Below are positions 25,321-27,402 of a DNA stretch of 27,402 nucleotides, piece by piece. This DNA is from an uncultured Candidatus Peribacteria bacterium (GTDB taxonomy: Bacteria; Patescibacteriota; Gracilibacteria; UBA1369; 2-02-FULL-48-14). The notes beneath the pieces are model-generated. The model was given only the letters and a program-made list of their open reading frames with translations, did no database searches and was not told the DNA's origin. Position numbers and translations under genes: made by a program. Location of the stretch: contig CAYGAB010000001.1 of assembly GCA_964347725.1 (NCBI GenBank), positions 1-27,402 of the forward strand, given 5' to 3'. Each line of letters opens with the position of its first letter. Position 1 is the stretch's first letter.

Positions 25321-26025
25321 ATGTCTGAATTGCCCAAAAAAATCATCTACGCCGGAAACGAAGGCTCTTTTTCCTGGGCCGCCGCTCGACTGATTGAAGG
25401 AATGGATTTGCCTCTTGAACCTTCCCTCAGCCCGGGACGAGTGATCGAACGGCTCCACGCCGGTGAGGCCTCGCACGGGATGATTCCCTTCCGAAATCCG
25501 GACGTGGGAGAAGGCACCATTCTTTCTACGGAAGAAGCCTTTGCACAACTCGGCCTGCCTTTGCCAGAAGCAAAACTCAAAGGCGAAGCTTGGTGGGAAT
25601 CCTTGCAAGCCATGCATCCCGATTGGATTTTGAGCCACCGCATTCCCCTGCCCGTGCGATTCCACGTCTTGGCAAAACCGGGACTCAAGCCCGAGGACAT
25701 CACCAGAATCATTGCTTTCACGATTGCTTCCGCTCAGTGTGGCGCAGGGTTTGAACGCGTCATTGGCCGGCCTTTCGACTTGATCACGGACTACAGCGAC
25801 ACCGCCAAAGCCGCCGCCGATCTCCAGAAATTGTTGCAAGACCCAAGCTTGGTGGACCGCGACCCAGAAGTGAAACTCCTCTTGCCCGTGGAACACACGG
25901 GAGTTCTCGGCAACGAATGGTGCGCCGTCATGTACGGTTTGGACATCGTTTACCGTGACGTTCAAAATCAACCCGAAGGCAATGTCACCACCTTTGCTCT
26001 ACTCCGTAACCCTTGGCACAAATGA
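25321..26025 (+). CDS. Divergent prephenate/arogenate dehydratase, catalytic domain only (no ACT domain)
   Basis: IYAGNEGSFS, HGMIPFRN, SAQC, DTAKAA, YGLDIV.RDVQNQ..NVTTF parallel the PDT motifs (LGPEGTFS, PIENS, LAQC, STAEAA, YGL..L...IED...NTTRF); 234 aa. Confidence 0.75.
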   Translation: MSELPKKIIYAGNEGSFSWAAARLIEGMDLPLEPSLSPGRVIERLHAGEASHGMIPFRNPDVGEGTILSTEEAFAQLGLPLPEAKLKGEAWWESLQAMHPDWILSHRIPLPVRFHVLAKPGLKPEDITRIIAFTIASAQCGAGFERVIGRPFDLITDYSDTAKAAADLQKLLQDPSLVDRDPEVKLLLPVEHTGVLGNEWCAVMYGLDIVYRDVQNQPEGNVTTFALLRNPWHK

Positions 26026-26990
26026 AATTTGGAATCCTAGGCCATGGCCGATTTGGAAAACTCTGGGCGGAGTGCCTCCGGCCTTTTGGAGACGTTTTGG
26101 TGCACGACCCAAACCAAGAAAAAACGGACTCACTCACGGACACTCTGAACGTAGATTTTCTTTTTCTCGCCGTGCCCATGTCCAGCTTTGAGCAAGTCTG
26201 CAAAGACATCGCGTCGCACATTCCAGCGCACACGGTCGTGGTGGATTTGTGTTCCGTGAAAGTGCATCCAGCGGAGGTCATGCTCAAAGAGTTCTCAAGC
26301 GATCAGCCACTCATTGCTACCCACCCTTTGTTTGGCCCAGATTCCGTGAAAAGCCTCGGCTTGGCAGGGCGAAAAATAGTGGTTTGTCCTTTGCGAGTTG
26401 AGCCAGTTCACACACAAAAACTCCTGAACATTTTCGAGAAAATGGAGCTCGTGGTCATGCTTTCCACACCCCAAGAGCACGACGAACAAATGGCCAAGTC
26501 TCAAGCTTTGGTCCACTTCATTGGCAGGGGTTTGGCCTCCCTCCACCTCTCTGAACAAGCCATGTCCACGCCCGACTACCAAGCTCTCTTGAAAATCGAC
26601 AGCGTCGTCAACAACGACACCTGGGAACTCTTCTACAACATGCAGCAGCTCAATCCATTCACTGCCCAAATTCGCCACAGCTTCCTTCAAAAACTCCAAG
26701 ACCTCAATGACGAAATTGACCAACCGTCTTGCCTAGACGAGTACCGCCAAAACATCGAATTCATCGACCAAAGCATTGTCCATTTATTGGGCCAGCGCAT
26801 GAAGTGGGCGCACAACATCGGACGCATCAAAAAACAAGAAGGCCAGGCCGTTCGAGACGAAGCCCGCGAACAAAAACTCAAAGCCCTGCACCGTGAACTC
26901 GCTGAAAAAGAAGGCGTGCCTCACGAACTCGTGGAAGAACTCTTTGAACAAGTCATGGCCGCCTCACGTTCTCTCCAATCCAAACTTTAA
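26022..26990 (+). CDS. tyrA: TyrA-family (prephenate/arogenate) dehydrogenase with C-terminal AroQ-class chorismate mutase
   Basis: GILGHGRFG Rossmann motif, DLCSVK, ATHPLFGP, EHDEQMA; C-terminal LDEYRQNIEFIDQSIVHLLGQR..IGRIKK..VRDEARE chorismate mutase motif. ATG at 26022 (ATGA overlap). Confidence 0.9.
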   Translation: MKFGILGHGRFGKLWAECLRPFGDVLVHDPNQEKTDSLTDTLNVDFLFLAVPMSSFEQVCKDIASHIPAHTVVVDLCSVKVHPAEVMLKEFSSDQPLIATHPLFGPDSVKSLGLAGRKIVVCPLRVEPVHTQKLLNIFEKMELVVMLSTPQEHDEQMAKSQALVHFIGRGLASLHLSEQAMSTPDYQALLKIDSVVNNDTWELFYNMQQLNPFTAQIRHSFLQKLQDLNDEIDQPSCLDEYRQNIEFIDQSIVHLLGQRMKWAHNIGRIKKQEGQAVRDEAREQKLKALHRELAEKEGVPHELVEELFEQVMAASRSLQSKL

Positions 26991-27000
26991 TCAAGCAAAA

Positions 27001-27402
27001 ATGCCTGCGTCCCCAAAAACATTTCAAGCCTCGGCCACGGTGCAAATCAATTCTTTGGCTCAGCAAAAAAAAGCCCGCGGCGAACGCATTTACAACCTCA
27101 GTGCCGGCGAGCCCATTTTGAATTCCGGGCATTTTTACAAAGCGACCATGAGCCGAATTTTGGACGAAGGCAAAACCCTTTACCCGCCCACGGCCGGCCT
27201 AGACGCTCTCCGCAAAACCGCCGCCGATTGGATGAATCGCCACCATCAAACTGACTACAACGCCGCCAACACCATGGTCACTCCCGGTGGGAAATTCGCC
27301 CTCCATTTGGCCATGCAATCGCTCTTGAATCCCGGCGACGAAGTGCTCCTTCCCTCTCCGCATTATTTGTCCTACCCTCCCATGTTGGAACTCGTCGGAG
27401 CC
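27001..27402 (+). CDS. PLP-dependent class I aminotransferase (subgroup I-beta AspAT-like), 3'-truncated by the window edge; not in the ORF track
   Basis: Manual translation: MPASPKTFQASATVQINSLAQQKKARGERIYNLSAGEP...YPPTAGLDALRK...VTPGGKFAL...NPGDEVLLPSPHYLSYP; open to the window end. Confidence 0.9.
   Translation, partial: MPASPKTFQASATVQINSLAQQKKARGERIYNLSAGEPILNSGHFYKATMSRILDEGKTLYPPTAGLDALRKTAADWMNRHHQTDYNAANTMVTPGGKFALHLAMQSLLNPGDEVLLPSPHYLSYPPMLELVGA

Noticed and set aside
12278-26025. Genetic code 25 (TGA=Gly) as in Gracilibacteria/Absconditabacteria
   Set aside because: TGA ends trpE, trpG-D, trpC-B, aroK and the PDT gene in ATGA overlaps, and long genes contain no in-frame TGA.
665-26881. 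Numerous overlapping alternative-frame and antisense ORFs in the six-frame track (e.g. 1183-1767, 2081-2914, 5422-6075, 6853-7530, 14680-15510, 22030-22737, 24453-25346, 25300-25971)
   Set aside because: They shadow genes with clear family motifs, have no motifs of their own, and are expected from codon bias at about 50% GC.

Overview
27.4 kb of bacterial chromosome read in genetic code 11 (repeated ATGA stop/start overlaps). Starts lack Shine-Dalgarno motifs and there is a Patescibacteria-type small pilin, so the host is inferred to be a CPR/Patescibacteria lineage, possibly Peregrinibacteria-like. The left third is housekeeping: def, a FemABX transferase, ftsZ, ftsA, a stand-alone 5'-3' exonuclease, a glycogen-synthase C-terminal remnant, pilin, khpA, rpsP, DciA/DUF721 and a GT4. 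The right two-thirds is an aromatic amino-acid biosynthesis supercluster, unexpected for CPR, in two operons separated by three orphan-like genes. Operon 1 is trpR-trpE-trpG/D-trpC/B-trpA plus an IF-2B/MtnA-like gene. It has a canonical TrpR operator over the -10 box and no trpF. Operon 2 is aroA-aroK-aroQ/aroE-DAHP synthase-aroB-PDT-like-tyrA/CM-aminotransferase (running off the edge). It is preceded by an unannotated leader peptide, MQLHTWYGFFGFFYNFAPARLRVV, with a complete pause/antiterminator/terminator structure, i.e. an attenuator predicted to sense Trp, Tyr and Phe together. Other leads: the IF-2B-like isomerase domain as a possible TrpF replacement, a rare TrpC-TrpB fusion, a flap nuclease ending in a beta-clamp motif, and two paralogous orphans bounded by a thrice-repeated junction motif. 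No rRNA, tRNA, CRISPR array or transposase was recognised. All assignments come from motif recognition by eye; no searches were run.
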